DNA of 64,000 nucleotides from Callorhinchus milii (taxonomy: Eukaryota). Location of the stretch: the NCBI RefSeq assembly GCF_018977255.1, contig NW_024704742.1, positions 122,948,001 through 123,012,000 on the forward strand, given 5' to 3'. Positions 63,246-64,000 of the stretch are shown here, one piece after another (the stretch's first letter is position 1; each line of letters starts with the position of its first letter). The notes beneath the pieces were generated by a model that saw nothing but the letters and a program-made list of their open reading frames with translations, was not told the DNA's origin and ran no database searches. Both the position numbers and the translations under genes were made by a program.

Positions 63246-64000
63246 TATTTATGGGTAGTGCAGGAAAGCTACTCTAGGCCACAAGGGATCAATTATATGA
63301 TCGAGCAACATTCAGCTGTATCCAACTATTTTTTTAAAAAAAATTATGCCTCCCATTTGCCTACATACAAGGGCAACAGATGGAACCAGAGTACTAAAAT
63401 AAATTCAGTTTAGCAGTACAAAATTAAATGTATGCATCTGAATATTTGAATAAACATTTGGATATAGGCACCATTGGGTGTCAGTCATGGGAAAGTGCAG
63501 GTTCACCACTCACAAGTGTTGATATGAATTTTGGGCATTCAGCTAAGTGAAGGAGTCGGGTAGAGAGCAGGGACTTCAGGATATTAGCAAGTGTATCCTG
63601 GAAGGAGACTCAAAACAACATTGTTAGAGGTCTGGTACCAGTCCTCAAGGAGCACAATGCCCACAGAAAATGGAGAAACTGAGCGCAATTTTTTTTTTCC
63701 AGACCTTCATAAATAAAAACTAAAGGTCTGTCAGGCTGTTGTTCTGGAGAACAATGGCTGAGCAGTGTTAAGGGTTTACTGGATGAAATCTCTATTGGAA
63801 TAGATTGAGAACGTTCGCACCTCAGAGCAGCATAAATGTGTAAAGTCACATTAAGGAGGCACTAAAGACCAGGGAAAGGAAAAAATCAGGAGGATGCAGA
63901 TACTGAAGAGACAGTCTATTAGGAATATTTGCCCTACTTCTGAATTATCATGGTATCTGGAGGATACTGAATGAATTGATAGACCGTTGATACAGTTTTA

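Overview
Vertebrate nuclear DNA, most likely from a cartilaginous fish and possibly a chimaera (inferred from the repeat families and compact introns; not provable here). The window holds the conserved MIER3-SETD9-MAP3K1 block (human 5q11.2 order and orientation, reversed). MIER3 is complete on + (13 coding exons, 1662-25866, 551 aa). SETD9 is complete on - (6 exons, 41401-36287, 293 aa). The 3' part of MAP3K1 is on - (10 exons equivalent to human exons 11-20, stop at 52305). All exon chains were phase-checked by hand. Non-coding DNA is rich in tRNA-derived/Deu-domain SINEs, LINE2 and CR1 3' fragments, several of them nested. Most notable: a TSD-flanked Penelope-like insertion and a nearby second copy, both with mutated minimal hammerhead-ribozyme motifs, upstream of SETD9; a partial tandem duplication of SETD9 exon 4; tandem arrays at both CpG promoters (including 13 GC boxes at 11-bp period); a GC-AG intron and loss of the caspase DxxD site in MAP3K1; and an inverted young SINE pair around a frame-preserving MIER3 exon 3-5 cassette. 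No prokaryote-type system (CRISPR etc.) is supported. Most short ORFs in the supplied track are spurious or repeat-derived. Homologue comparisons are from recall, not from searches.
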